Source: Actinomycetota bacterium
Lineage (GTDB): Bacteria; Actinomycetota; Acidimicrobiia; Acidimicrobiales; Ilumatobacteraceae
Assembly: GCA_016213665.1 (NCBI GenBank)
Contig: JACQZX010000035.1
Coordinates: 1,037-65,036, forward strand
DNA length: 64,000 bases
Direction: 5' to 3'
Shown here in pieces: positions 55,862-64,000 of this stretch. Within the stretch, counting starts at the first letter, position 1. Every line of letters begins with the position of its first letter. Under the pieces are notes generated by a model. It was not told the origin of the DNA. It saw only the letters and a program-made list of their open reading frames with translations, and searched no databases. The position numbers and the translations under genes were made by a program.

Positions 55862-56816
55862 CTGTCGGCGCGGCGTTGGTCAGTTCGCCGACCAGTTCCA
55901 CAATCGTCTCCAGCGTGGGCGGGCGCCCGCGTGTATGTGCATCCATCGCTTCACGCATCGCAGCCACGTGCGCGGGCGTTGTGCCGCAACAGCCACCGAC
56001 GATCTGCGCACCGGCGTCGATCGCAGTGGTGGCGTAGCGCCCCATCAGTTCGGGTGTGCCCGAGTAGACGATCTCGGTACCGACGAAGTGCGGCACGCCG
56101 CAATTTCCCTTGACGACCAACGGGTGACGGCTGCCTGCCATCTCCATCAACGACACCAGGATGTCGGGGGCACCGACGCCGCAGTTGGCGCCCATCGCCA
56201 GCGGCGGTTGCTCCTCGCCGTCGAACACCTCGGCGAGACTCCCCGGCAACAGACCCATCATCGTGCGGCCGGCCGTATCGAACGAGCAGGTCACGACATA
56301 CGGAAGACCAACGGCGATGGCCGCGGTCGCAGCCGCATGCACTTCCTCGGTCGCTGACATCGTTTCGATCCAGGCGACGTTGGCGCCACCGTCCTTGAGA
56401 CCTCTGATCTGTTCGCTGAAGGAGGCAACAGCGTCGTCATGTGTGAGCTGGCCGAGCGGCTCGAAGAGTTCGCCGGTTGGCCCAACCGAGCCCGCCACCA
56501 CGACCGGGCGATCGAACGAGTCGGCGACCTTGCACGCCAACTCGGCGGCAGCACGCGCCAGTTCGTAGGTGCGGTCCTGCGCCTTGTGCAGCTTGAGCCG
56601 CTGCCGGTTGCAGCCGAAGGTGTTGGTGAGGATGATGTCGCTGCCCGCCTCGACGAACCGGCGGTGCAGGCCCATGACCTCGTCGGGCCGCTCGACCGTC
56701 CAGAACTCGGGGGGATCACCGGACATCAGCCCCGCCGCGAAGTAGTTGGTGCCGGTTGCTCCATCAGCAAGTAGCACCTTGCCTGTGGCAAGTAGGTCGG
56801 ACAGTGAAGCTCGCAT
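55824..56816 (-). CDS. Homocysteine S-methyltransferase domain protein
   Basis: LLADGATGT...NTFG...GANCG...GGCCGTTPAHV zinc-binding Cys pattern. Confidence 0.8.
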   Translation of the reverse strand: MRASLSDLLATGKVLLADGATGTNYFAAGLMSGDPPEFWTVERPDEVMGLHRRFVEAGSDIILTNTFGCNRQRLKLHKAQDRTYELARAAAELACKVADSFDRPVVVAGSVGPTGELFEPLGQLTHDDAVASFSEQIRGLKDGGANVAWIETMSATEEVHAAATAAIAVGLPYVVTCSFDTAGRTMMGLLPGSLAEVFDGEEQPPLAMGANCGVGAPDILVSLMEMAGSRHPLVVKGNCGVPHFVGTEIVYSGTPELMGRYATTAIDAGAQIVGGCCGTTPAHVAAMREAMDAHTRGRPPTLETIVELVGELTNAAPTATAERRSRRAQG

Positions 56817-56843
56817 TCGTGCAACGATACCGCAGGCGTTGGC

Positions 56844-57818
56844 TCAGGTGACGATGGCTTCGATGCGCTCCTTGACCTCGGGAGTCATCCTCGCGACGAC
56901 GTCGATCGCCGCGAAGTTCTCGATCACCTGGGCAACTCGGCTGGCCCCGGTGAGCACGGTGGAAACCCGCGGGTTGGCTGCGCACCAGGCGATCGCCAGC
57001 TGCGCCAGTGTGCAGTCCAACTCGCGGGCGATCGGGCGTAGACGTTCGACCTTCTGGAGCGCATCGGGGTCGGTGACTCGCTCGGCCAGCCACTCGTACC
57101 CAGGCAGGGCACCGCGACTGTCGTCGGGCACGCCGTCTTTGTACTTGCCGGTGAGCAACCCGCTCGCGAGCGGACTCCAGATGGTGGTGCCGAGTCCGAT
57201 GTCGTCGTACAGGCGGGCGTACTCGTGTTCCACCCGCGCGCGCGAGAACAAGTTGTACTGCGGCTGCTCCATTACAGGTTTGTGCAGGTGATGCCGGTCG
57301 GCGATCAGCCACGCAGCGCGAATCTCGTCAGCCGACCACTCGCTGGTACCCCAATACAACGCCTTGCCCTGGCTGACCATGTCGCTCATCGCCCAGACGG
57401 TTTCCTCGATCGGCGTGTTCGGATCGGGGCGGTGACAGAACACGAGGTCGAGGAAATCGAGTTGCATGCGCTCGAGAGAGTTGTCGATCGCCTGTGCGAG
57501 GTACTTGCGATTGAGCGTGTTGCGCATGTTGCGCACGTTGCCGTGCACACCCCAGAAAAATTTGGTGCTGACGATGTATTCGTGGCGCGGCCAACCGAGC
57601 TGCTCGAGAACCCGCCCCATCTGCGCCTCACTGCCACCGCCGGCGTAGACCTCGGCGTTGTCGAAGAAGTTGCACCCGCTGTCGTGGGCGGCCTGCATGC
57701 ATTCGAGAGCCATGTCGTCGCCCAACTGGTTGTCGAAGGTGACCCAGCTGCCAAAAGACAACACGGACACCTGCAAGCCGCTGCGACCGAGCCGACGATA
57801 TTGCATCTTGGAAGCCAT
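56844..57818 (-). CDS. Aldo/keto reductase (Kv-beta-like)
   Basis: [19 protein letters not shown]...FDNAEVYA...HRPD... Confidence 0.85.
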   Translation of the reverse strand: MASKMQYRRLGRSGLQVSVLSFGSWVTFDNQLGDDMALECMQAAHDSGCNFFDNAEVYAGGGSEAQMGRVLEQLGWPRHEYIVSTKFFWGVHGNVRNMRNTLNRKYLAQAIDNSLERMQLDFLDLVFCHRPDPNTPIEETVWAMSDMVSQGKALYWGTSEWSADEIRAAWLIADRHHLHKPVMEQPQYNLFSRARVEHEYARLYDDIGLGTTIWSPLASGLLTGKYKDGVPDDSRGALPGYEWLAERVTDPDALQKVERLRPIARELDCTLAQLAIAWCAANPRVSTVLTGASRVAQVIENFAAIDVVARMTPEVKERIEAIVT

Positions 57819-57903
57819 TTCCGCAGCGTAGCGGTCGCCTACCGCGACGCTGTGTGGGGCAAACTGTCGCATGCCGACTAACGCATCCGCAGCTCTTTCC
57901 GTT

Positions 57904-58074
57904 ATGGCCGACCACGTCGAGCGCTACCAGCAAGAGGTCGGCGAACTGGTGCCGGACTACCAACTGCGCGGGCGCGACGACATCGTGACCGCTCTCGTCG
58001 AGGCCGAACGCGCGCTGCGAAATGCGACGCGCTCGATACGCCGGTCGGCAAAGTTGACGACGGAAGCCCACTGA
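57904..58074 (+). CDS. Small helical hypothetical protein
   Basis: 56 aa from ATG 57904 (the ORF opens at 57871). Divergent from the AKR gene and followed by a perfect hairpin. Confidence 0.35.
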   Translation: MADHVERYQQEVGELVPDYQLRGRDDIVTALVEAERALRNATRSIRRSAKLTTEAH

Positions 58075-58121
58075 TCGGCGAGCCCGCGCCCCGGCGAAGC
58101 GGCCACTGTCGGTGAAACGCG

Positions 58122-58147
58122 GCGACGGCCCCTCGCGGGGCCGTCGC
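58122..58147. terminator. Perfect 11-bp hairpin between convergent genes
   Basis: gcgacggcccc tcgc ggggccgtcgc. A second 8-bp inverted repeat (aaccaggt/acctggtt) lies at about 58187-58209. There is no U-tract. Confidence 0.5.
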
Positions 58148-58287
58148 TCAGCGACGCCAGGCGGCGGATCCCGGCATCGCACGCAAACCAGGTGGCGGGA
58201 ACCTGGTTGGTGAGGTCACTATACACCGTGCTCAAAACGGCGCAACCGCCCACGCTGCGTGGTAATTCTGTGATCCCGAACCGTGGC

Positions 58288-58950
58288 TTACCGGGGCCGC
58301 GTTGGCAGTGTTGACGATGGGCAAACGTCTTCGAGCACGCACTCCGCGCAACTCGGCTTCTTCGCGGCACACACACGACGGCCGTGAAGAATCATCCGCA
58401 AACTGAAGTCACCCCACGCGGCCGACGGCAATTGGTCACCCAGCTCTGCCTCCACCTTCACCGGATCTGTCTCGACCGTCAGTCCGAGGCGACGGCTCAG
58501 GCGACCGACATGCGTGTCGACCGGCAGTCCCGGCAAGCCGAACGCGACGCTGCGCACCACGTTCGCCGTCTTGCGACCGACGCCGGCGAGCGTCACCAAC
58601 TCCTCCAACGACTCGGGCACCCGTGCATCGAAGCGCTCGACCAGAGTCGTGGCCATCGCGATCAGATTGCGCGCTTTGCTCTGGTAGAACCCGGTCGACT
58701 TCACGATCGACTCAACCGCGGCCTGATCGGCTCCGGAAAGTGCAACCGCATCGGTATACCGCGCGAAAAGCTCTGGCGTAACCATGTTGACGCGCGCGTC
58801 GGTGGTCTGCGCGGACAGGATCGTTGCGACGAGTAACTGGAACGGGTTGCAATGATCGAGTTCGCAGACTGCTTGCGGATAGGCGGTAGCCAACCTGGCC
58901 GCAACGACACCGGCACTATGCGCGCGCTGTGCTGAGTTCTCTGCCACCAC
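58288..58950 (-). CDS. nth: Endonuclease III
   Basis: HhH motif LVTLAGVGRKTANVV, catalytic D, and Fe-S cluster Cys motif CAAKKPSCAECVLEDVC. Confidence 0.9.
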   Translation of the reverse strand: MVAENSAQRAHSAGVVAARLATAYPQAVCELDHCNPFQLLVATILSAQTTDARVNMVTPELFARYTDAVALSGADQAAVESIVKSTGFYQSKARNLIAMATTLVERFDARVPESLEELVTLAGVGRKTANVVRSVAFGLPGLPVDTHVGRLSRRLGLTVETDPVKVEAELGDQLPSAAWGDFSLRMILHGRRVCAAKKPSCAECVLEDVCPSSTLPTRPR

Positions 58951-58986
58951 CGGAGACTAGAACGGGCAACCGCTAGCCTCGGTCGA

Positions 58987-59856
58987 ATGGTGCGGTTACG
59001 TACGGTCAATTCCCTCTCCGGCGGCGACCGGCAAGCGGTTGCAAACCTGCTGGCGACAACCCGCGCCGGCGGCTGTGCGCGCCTCACCGAGGCAGCTCAC
59101 TCCCACCACCCGGTGCAACCGGTGACGATGACGATCGCCGAGACAATCCCAGACTCCGACCACTCCATCGTCGGCTACGCCCAGGCCAGCGAGGAAGCCG
59201 ACGGTTACATCATCGACAGCGCCGCCGACGACTCGGCCATTCATGCACAAGTTGTGCGCGAGCTTGCTGCGAAACTGCCAACCGACGTTGCACTTACTTG
59301 GTGGACGCACGAATGTCACGACACCGCGTCGGTGGCGGCCTCCCTTGGTCTGCGACCGCAACCGCGGCGGTTGCTCAACATGAGCCGATCACTGCCGATC
59401 GAGGCAGCCACCGACACCGTGAAAACCAGGCCGTTCGTCGTCGGACGCGACGAGGCGGAATGGCTGCGCGTGAACAACGCGGCGTTCATCTGGCATGGTG
59501 AGCAGGGCGAGTGGGAACCGGCCACCCTGAGCCGACGAATATCCGAGCCGTGGTTCGATCCGGCAGGCTTTCTGCTCCATGAACGCGACGGCCACCTTGC
59601 CGCCTTCTGTTGGACAAAGGTGCACAACCCGCCCACCCTCGGCGAGATCTACGTGATCGCAGTCCACCCCGACTACCACGGCCTCGGTCTCGGCAGATCT
59701 CTCACCGTCGCCGGGCTGCGGCACTTGGGCAGCGTCGGCTCAACGACGGCGATGTTGTACGTCGAGTCCGACAACACGGCGGCAGTTCGTCTCTACGAAT
59801 CACTCGGCTTCACCGTCACCCACACCGACCTCGCCTATCAGAACTCAAGAAAGTAG
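58987..59856 (+). CDS. mshD: Mycothiol synthase (tandem GNAT)
   Basis: Two GNAT halves are present. The C-terminal half reads GEIYVIAVHPDYHGLGLGRSLT...YVESDNTAAVRLYESLGF. Confidence 0.65.
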   Translation: MVRLRTVNSLSGGDRQAVANLLATTRAGGCARLTEAAHSHHPVQPVTMTIAETIPDSDHSIVGYAQASEEADGYIIDSAADDSAIHAQVVRELAAKLPTDVALTWWTHECHDTASVAASLGLRPQPRRLLNMSRSLPIEAATDTVKTRPFVVGRDEAEWLRVNNAAFIWHGEQGEWEPATLSRRISEPWFDPAGFLLHERDGHLAAFCWTKVHNPPTLGEIYVIAVHPDYHGLGLGRSLTVAGLRHLGSVGSTTAMLYVESDNTAAVRLYESLGFTVTHTDLAYQNSRK

Positions 59857-59864
59857 CGGCACCG

Positions 59865-61709
59865 ATGACCACAATCGAAGAGCGAGCGACCGACGACCAA
59901 GAGCTACCCCGCTGGAGTGTCGCCGACGTGCACGAGTCGTTCCAAGCACGATCGTTCGGCGATGCAATGGACCGCTGCGGCGCCGACATGTCGCGATTGG
60001 AGGCGTTGTTCGAGGAACACGGCATCCGCGCCACCGAGCCACGGGCCGTCACCGCCACCGATGGCCGTGCTGCCGATGCGGTGATAACAGCCATCAATCG
60101 CATGCGTGACCACGCCGATGAGACGGCGGCGTACATCCTGGCCACCACCACGACCGACAGCTACGACGAAACAGCAGAAGGACTCCTCGGCGAGTTCGAA
60201 ATGGTCGATGTCCGCCAACGACCGCTGACTGCTCGGCTTGCCGACTGGGTCAGTTCGCTGGGCGTAGAGGCGCTGGCCGAGCACAGTACGCAGGTCGCCG
60301 AACACCGCGGACCGCTGGAGAAGCTGGCCCGCCGTGCGGCCCACCAGATGAACGAGGCCGAGGAGGGATTGTACGCCGATCTGGTGAGCACCGGATCGTC
60401 GGCGTGGGACACCCTGCACGGCGTCGTCACCTCGCAGCTGACCGCAACAGTGACAATGCCCGACGGAACCACGCCGGCAATGCCGATGGCCGCGATTCGC
60501 GGCCTCGCCACCCACGCCGATCCGGCGGTGCGCCGGGCCGCTTACGAAGCAGAACTCGCCAGTTGGCCCACCGTCGCACCCGTGTGCGCAGCCGCCATGA
60601 ACGCCGTCAAGGGCGAGGCCAACGTCGTCAATCGTCGCCGTGGATGGGAATCGGCGCTCGCAGCATCCTTGTTCGCCAACAGCGTCAGCCGTGAGACGTT
60701 CGACGCCATGCAGCACGCGATCACCGACTCGCTCGGCGACCTCCGTGGCTGGATGCACTCGAAGGCTCGCCTACACGGCCACTCCGGGGCGTTGCCGTGG
60801 CATGACCTTGTCGCGCCGCTTCCCTTCGCCGCCTCGGCGGTCACGTGGGATGAAGGAGTCGACATCGTCCGCAACGCGTTTGGCGCATACGGAGGCGGAC
60901 TCGCCGGCATCGTCGATCGTGCGCTCGACGGACGCTGGATCGATGCCGGACCGCGGGCCGGCAAGCTGGGTGGCGCGTTCTGCATGTCGCTCTCGGGAGA
61001 TCGCTCGCTGGTCTTTCTCAACTGGAGCGGCAGCGTCAGCTCAGCACAGACGACCGCCCACGAACTAGGCCACGCCTACCACAACGTGCAACTGGCGCAG
61101 CGCACACCGATGCAGCGGTCGCTACCGATGGCCTTGGCCGAGACAGCAAGCATCTTCTGTGAGACGTTGGTGGTCGAGGAGGGCCTGCAACGACTCGCCG
61201 GCGGCGATCGCCTGGCGTTGCTCGATGTCGATCTTCAGGGCGCGCTGCAAGTTGTCGTCGACATCCGCAGCCGCTTCCTGTTCGAGACGGAGGTGTTCAC
61301 CCGGCGGCAGCGTCGCACGCTTGGTGTAGGCGAGTTGAACGAGTTGATGCTGCAAGCACAAGCCGATGCCTACGGCGACGGCCTCGATCAGTCGACGGCT
61401 CACCGATACATGTGGGCGGTGAAGCCGCACTATTACAGTTCGCATTTCTACAACTGGCCGTACGCGTATGGCTTGCTGTTCGGTCTCGGACTGTTCGCGC
61501 AGTACAAGCAGGATCCGGAACGGTTCAAGTCGCACTATGACGATGCGCTGTCGCGCGCAGGCATCAACTCGGCCGAGGAGCTAGGGGCGGTCTTCGGCTT
61601 CGACGTCAGCGACCAGGCGTTCTGGACAGCAAGCCTCGACGTCATTCGAGATCGCATTGCCGACTACGACGCGCTCGCTGTCGACGTAACGGCTGTCGAC
61701 CGCGCGTGA
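59865..61709 (+). CDS. M3-family oligoendopeptidase (PepF-like)
   Basis: HELGHAYH zinc motif; the length and helical architecture fit M3B. ATG 59865 within a longer ORF. Confidence 0.8.
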   Translation: MTTIEERATDDQELPRWSVADVHESFQARSFGDAMDRCGADMSRLEALFEEHGIRATEPRAVTATDGRAADAVITAINRMRDHADETAAYILATTTTDSYDETAEGLLGEFEMVDVRQRPLTARLADWVSSLGVEALAEHSTQVAEHRGPLEKLARRAAHQMNEAEEGLYADLVSTGSSAWDTLHGVVTSQLTATVTMPDGTTPAMPMAAIRGLATHADPAVRRAAYEAELASWPTVAPVCAAAMNAVKGEANVVNRRRGWESALAASLFANSVSRETFDAMQHAITDSLGDLRGWMHSKARLHGHSGALPWHDLVAPLPFAASAVTWDEGVDIVRNAFGAYGGGLAGIVDRALDGRWIDAGPRAGKLGGAFCMSLSGDRSLVFLNWSGSVSSAQTTAHELGHAYHNVQLAQRTPMQRSLPMALAETASIFCETLVVEEGLQRLAGGDRLALLDVDLQGALQVVVDIRSRFLFETEVFTRRQRRTLGVGELNELMLQAQADAYGDGLDQSTAHRYMWAVKPHYYSSHFYNWPYAYGLLFGLGLFAQYKQDPERFKSHYDDALSRAGINSAEELGAVFGFDVSDQAFWTASLDVIRDRIADYDALAVDVTAVDRA

Positions 61710-62782
61710 ACACGCTGTACGCGCCGACACGCGAGTCGCTCGCCGCGCTTCTCGTCGGCGAACCCAGCTACCGGCTCGACCAGCTCTGGAATGGCCTGTA
61801 CACACAGTTGGCCGCGCCCGCCGACATCACGAATGTGCCCAAGGGCTTGCGCGATCGACTCACCGCCGAACTCCCATGTGCATTGAGACAACAGGCACGC
61901 CGCGTCAGCGACGGCGGTGACACCGTGAAATACCTGTGGTCGTTGAGCGACGGAACCCGCATCGAAACGGTGTTGATGCTGTACCCCGACCGCGTCACAG
62001 TCTGTGTCAGCAGCCAGGTTGGCTGCGCGATGGCATGCGGTTTCTGCGCGACCGGCCAAGCCGGCTTCTCACGCCAACTGTCGGTCGGAGAGATCGTGGA
62101 ACAGGTGGTACTGGCAGCACGCGATGCCCGCGCGCTGGGCCGGCGACTGGCCAATGTCGTCTATATGGGAATGGGTGAACCAATGGCCAACGAAGCTGCC
62201 GTGTGGGCTTCGGTGGAACGCCTCCATGATGCGGTCGGCCTTTCTGCTCGTCACATAACGATCAGCACTGTCGGTCTGCCACCCGGTATTCGCACTCTCA
62301 GCCAACGCCCGCTGCCGGTGAATCTGGCCGTGTCGCTGCACGCCGCAAACGACGAACTGCGCGACGAACTGGTGCCGATCAACAAGCGCTACCCGATCGA
62401 CGAATTGATGAAGGCGTGCAGCGAGTACCTGGCCGCAAAGGGTCGACGCCTCAGCTTCGAATGGGCGCTGATCGACGGAATCAATGATCGGGCGACCGAT
62501 GCCGACGAGTTGGCAACACTGTGTCGACGATTTCATCTCCCCGCGCACGTCAACCTGATTCCGTTGAACCCGACACCCGGCTATCCAACGGTCGGCTCGT
62601 CGGCAACCAAGGTCGCCCGCTTCCATCGCCAACTGACCGATCTCGGCGTTAACGCAACTATTCGCAAGAACCGCGGCAACGACATCGACGCCGCGTGCGG
62701 TCAACTCGCCGCCGGACACCCGGTGACGCTGAGGAGTTCGGTCGGCCTCAGCAGTGAGCGCGCACGGTCGTATAAGGATTGA
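61706..62782 (+). CDS. rlmN: 23S rRNA/tRNA adenine-C2 methyltransferase RlmN (radical SAM)
   Basis: SSQVGCAMACGFCATG (CxxxCxxC), GMGEP, the NLAVSLHA pattern, and the conserved C-terminal Cys (DIDAACGQL). Confidence 0.9.
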   Translation: MNTLYAPTRESLAALLVGEPSYRLDQLWNGLYTQLAAPADITNVPKGLRDRLTAELPCALRQQARRVSDGGDTVKYLWSLSDGTRIETVLMLYPDRVTVCVSSQVGCAMACGFCATGQAGFSRQLSVGEIVEQVVLAARDARALGRRLANVVYMGMGEPMANEAAVWASVERLHDAVGLSARHITISTVGLPPGIRTLSQRPLPVNLAVSLHAANDELRDELVPINKRYPIDELMKACSEYLAAKGRRLSFEWALIDGINDRATDADELATLCRRFHLPAHVNLIPLNPTPGYPTVGSSATKVARFHRQLTDLGVNATIRKNRGNDIDAACGQLAAGHPVTLRSSVGLSSERARSYKD

Positions 62783-63998
62783 CCGCCCCCGCACCAGACG
62801 GGTGGATCTCGAAGTGGAGATGCGGTGTGCTGAAGATGGCGTTACCCGTGTCGCCGAGGAACCCAATGACGTCACCCGCGTGCACCGCGCCGAGCTTGGC
62901 GATCGAATCGAGATGGCCGTAGTAGTAGTGGATGCCGTCGACACCGTCGAACCCGATGTTGATGCCACCCATGACGCTGCCGGCTTCCTTGGCAAAGCCG
63001 TCGACCACAGCCAGAATCGGCGTGCCGCGGGTGCCGATCATGTCGACGCCCTGGTGCCGACGGCCACCGCTGCGCGGCGCTCCCCATGTGTCGCCGAATC
63101 CAACGGCTACGTCGCCGGTCGGGCACACCCAATCAACGCCGCCGTAATCTTCGCCGACACCGCCGCCGGGTCGACCCCCGGTACCACCCGCCCCGGTCTG
63201 GCCACCACTTCCTGAAACAGAACCGGACGCAGCTCCGGTTGTCGGAGCTGGTCCCCCGCCATCGTCGATATCAAACGCACCCGCGTCGTCGCTGACACCT
63301 GGCGCGACGGAGGTGTCCGTCGTTTCCGACTCGAAGACCGCCGCCCGGGCGGCGTCGGCTGCCCGTGCGCGCTCTTCGGCCACCAACGCCTTGCGCACTG
63401 CTTCATCCTTGAGCCGGCCGGCCTCGACCACCTTGAGGTTCTCAACCTCGGCCATCGCCTGATCGCGCAAGAGCTGCGCATTCGCCGTCGCCGTCGCCGC
63501 CTCCTGCTGGGTTGCGGCCAGCTCGCGTTTCTTTTCCTCGACTTCAAGGGTGAGCGAGTCGAAGACGTCGAAGTCTTCCTCGGACGTGTCGGTGATGACC
63601 GCAGTAAGAGCCGCGACCTGCATCTGTTCTTCGGCGCTTGCGAACCCGTTGAGCAAAGGCGAGCCGGCGCTGCTGGAGCGGGTGAACCGATTAACCGCTA
63701 TCTGCTGTACTCGCTTGTGGAGCGCGGCTCGCTTCTTGCGCAGCTCGGCGATCTCGGCCTCGAGCAACTGCGTCTCGACTTCGACCGAATCGAGCCGTGA
63801 TTCTGCTGCGAAGTAGGCGTCGGCGGCGGCGTTGGCACGTTCGCGCGCATCGGCAATCTCGCGGGCGGCCTGCTGCGCTTCGGACTCATCGGCAACGGCC
63901 ACCCGTCCCGGCCCCGTTGGGACGAGCGCGCACACGAGCAGCAACACGGCGAAGAGGCGACGCATCGAGGTGGAAGCTAACAGGTGGTTCATTTTCAA
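62748..63998 (-). CDS. M23-family peptidase with N-terminal coiled coil
   Basis: A signal peptide and a long coiled coil are followed by HQGVDM...YYYGHL...STPHLHFEIH. Confidence 0.85.
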   Translation of the reverse strand: MKMNHLLASTSMRRLFAVLLLVCALVPTGPGRVAVADESEAQQAAREIADARERANAAADAYFAAESRLDSVEVETQLLEAEIAELRKKRAALHKRVQQIAVNRFTRSSSAGSPLLNGFASAEEQMQVAALTAVITDTSEEDFDVFDSLTLEVEEKKRELAATQQEAATATANAQLLRDQAMAEVENLKVVEAGRLKDEAVRKALVAEERARAADAARAAVFESETTDTSVAPGVSDDAGAFDIDDGGGPAPTTGAASGSVSGSGGQTGAGGTGGRPGGGVGEDYGGVDWVCPTGDVAVGFGDTWGAPRSGGRRHQGVDMIGTRGTPILAVVDGFAKEAGSVMGGINIGFDGVDGIHYYYGHLDSIAKLGAVHAGDVIGFLGDTGNAIFSTPHLHFEIHPSGAGAVNPYTTVRAHC

Positions 63999-64000
63999 TA

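Overview
This is a 64-kb high-GC chromosomal window that looks actinobacterial. Supporting markers are mycothiol synthase MshD, an MDMPI/DinB-type enzyme, a WhiB-family gene, an LLM/F420-type oxidoreductase and a dnaG-rpoD-tRNA arrangement. Finer taxonomy cannot be derived from the sequence alone. I can support about 70 protein genes, 3 tRNAs (Val-TAC, Met-CAT, Asn-GTT) and the RNase P RNA gene. Most of the window is ordinary core DNA: class A PBP, cspA, dnaG/rpoD, ppdK, ygfZ, nth, mshD, pepF-like, rlmN, acyl-CoA dehydrogenase and others. Three accessory patches stand out. (1) 2146-9816 is a 7.64-kb integrative element bounded by a perfect 31-bp direct repeat that is the 3' end of rnpB. It carries a tyrosine integrase, an Xis-like HTH, a DnaB-N/RecA-fold replication protein followed by an iteron-like array, WhiB, a lone short HK97-type major capsid gene, and unknown cargo. 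It has no terminase, portal, protease, tail or lysis genes, so it looks like a phage satellite or mini-prophage. (2) 18.0-26.9 kb is a redox and second-messenger signalling neighbourhood. It includes a DsrE-family gene whose only interruption is an in-frame TGA. That TGA aligns with the first Cys of the CxxC motif of a paralogue 5.5 kb away, making it either a candidate UxxC selenoprotein or a fresh nonsense pseudogene. The patch also holds a response-regulator/glutaredoxin-like/thioredoxin-reductase-like fusion that has lost both redox Cys motifs. (3) 26.9-31.7 kb is a toxin-antitoxin and ECF-sigma islet with decayed toxins and an anti-sigma-like protein ending in a nucleophile-less alpha/beta-hydrolase fold. 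I recognised no CRISPR array, rRNA or IS transposase. All functional calls come from motif recognition by eye in the supplied translations; no database search or folding program was run. Coordinates from the ORF track include stop codons, and several starts were moved to better-supported internal starts.
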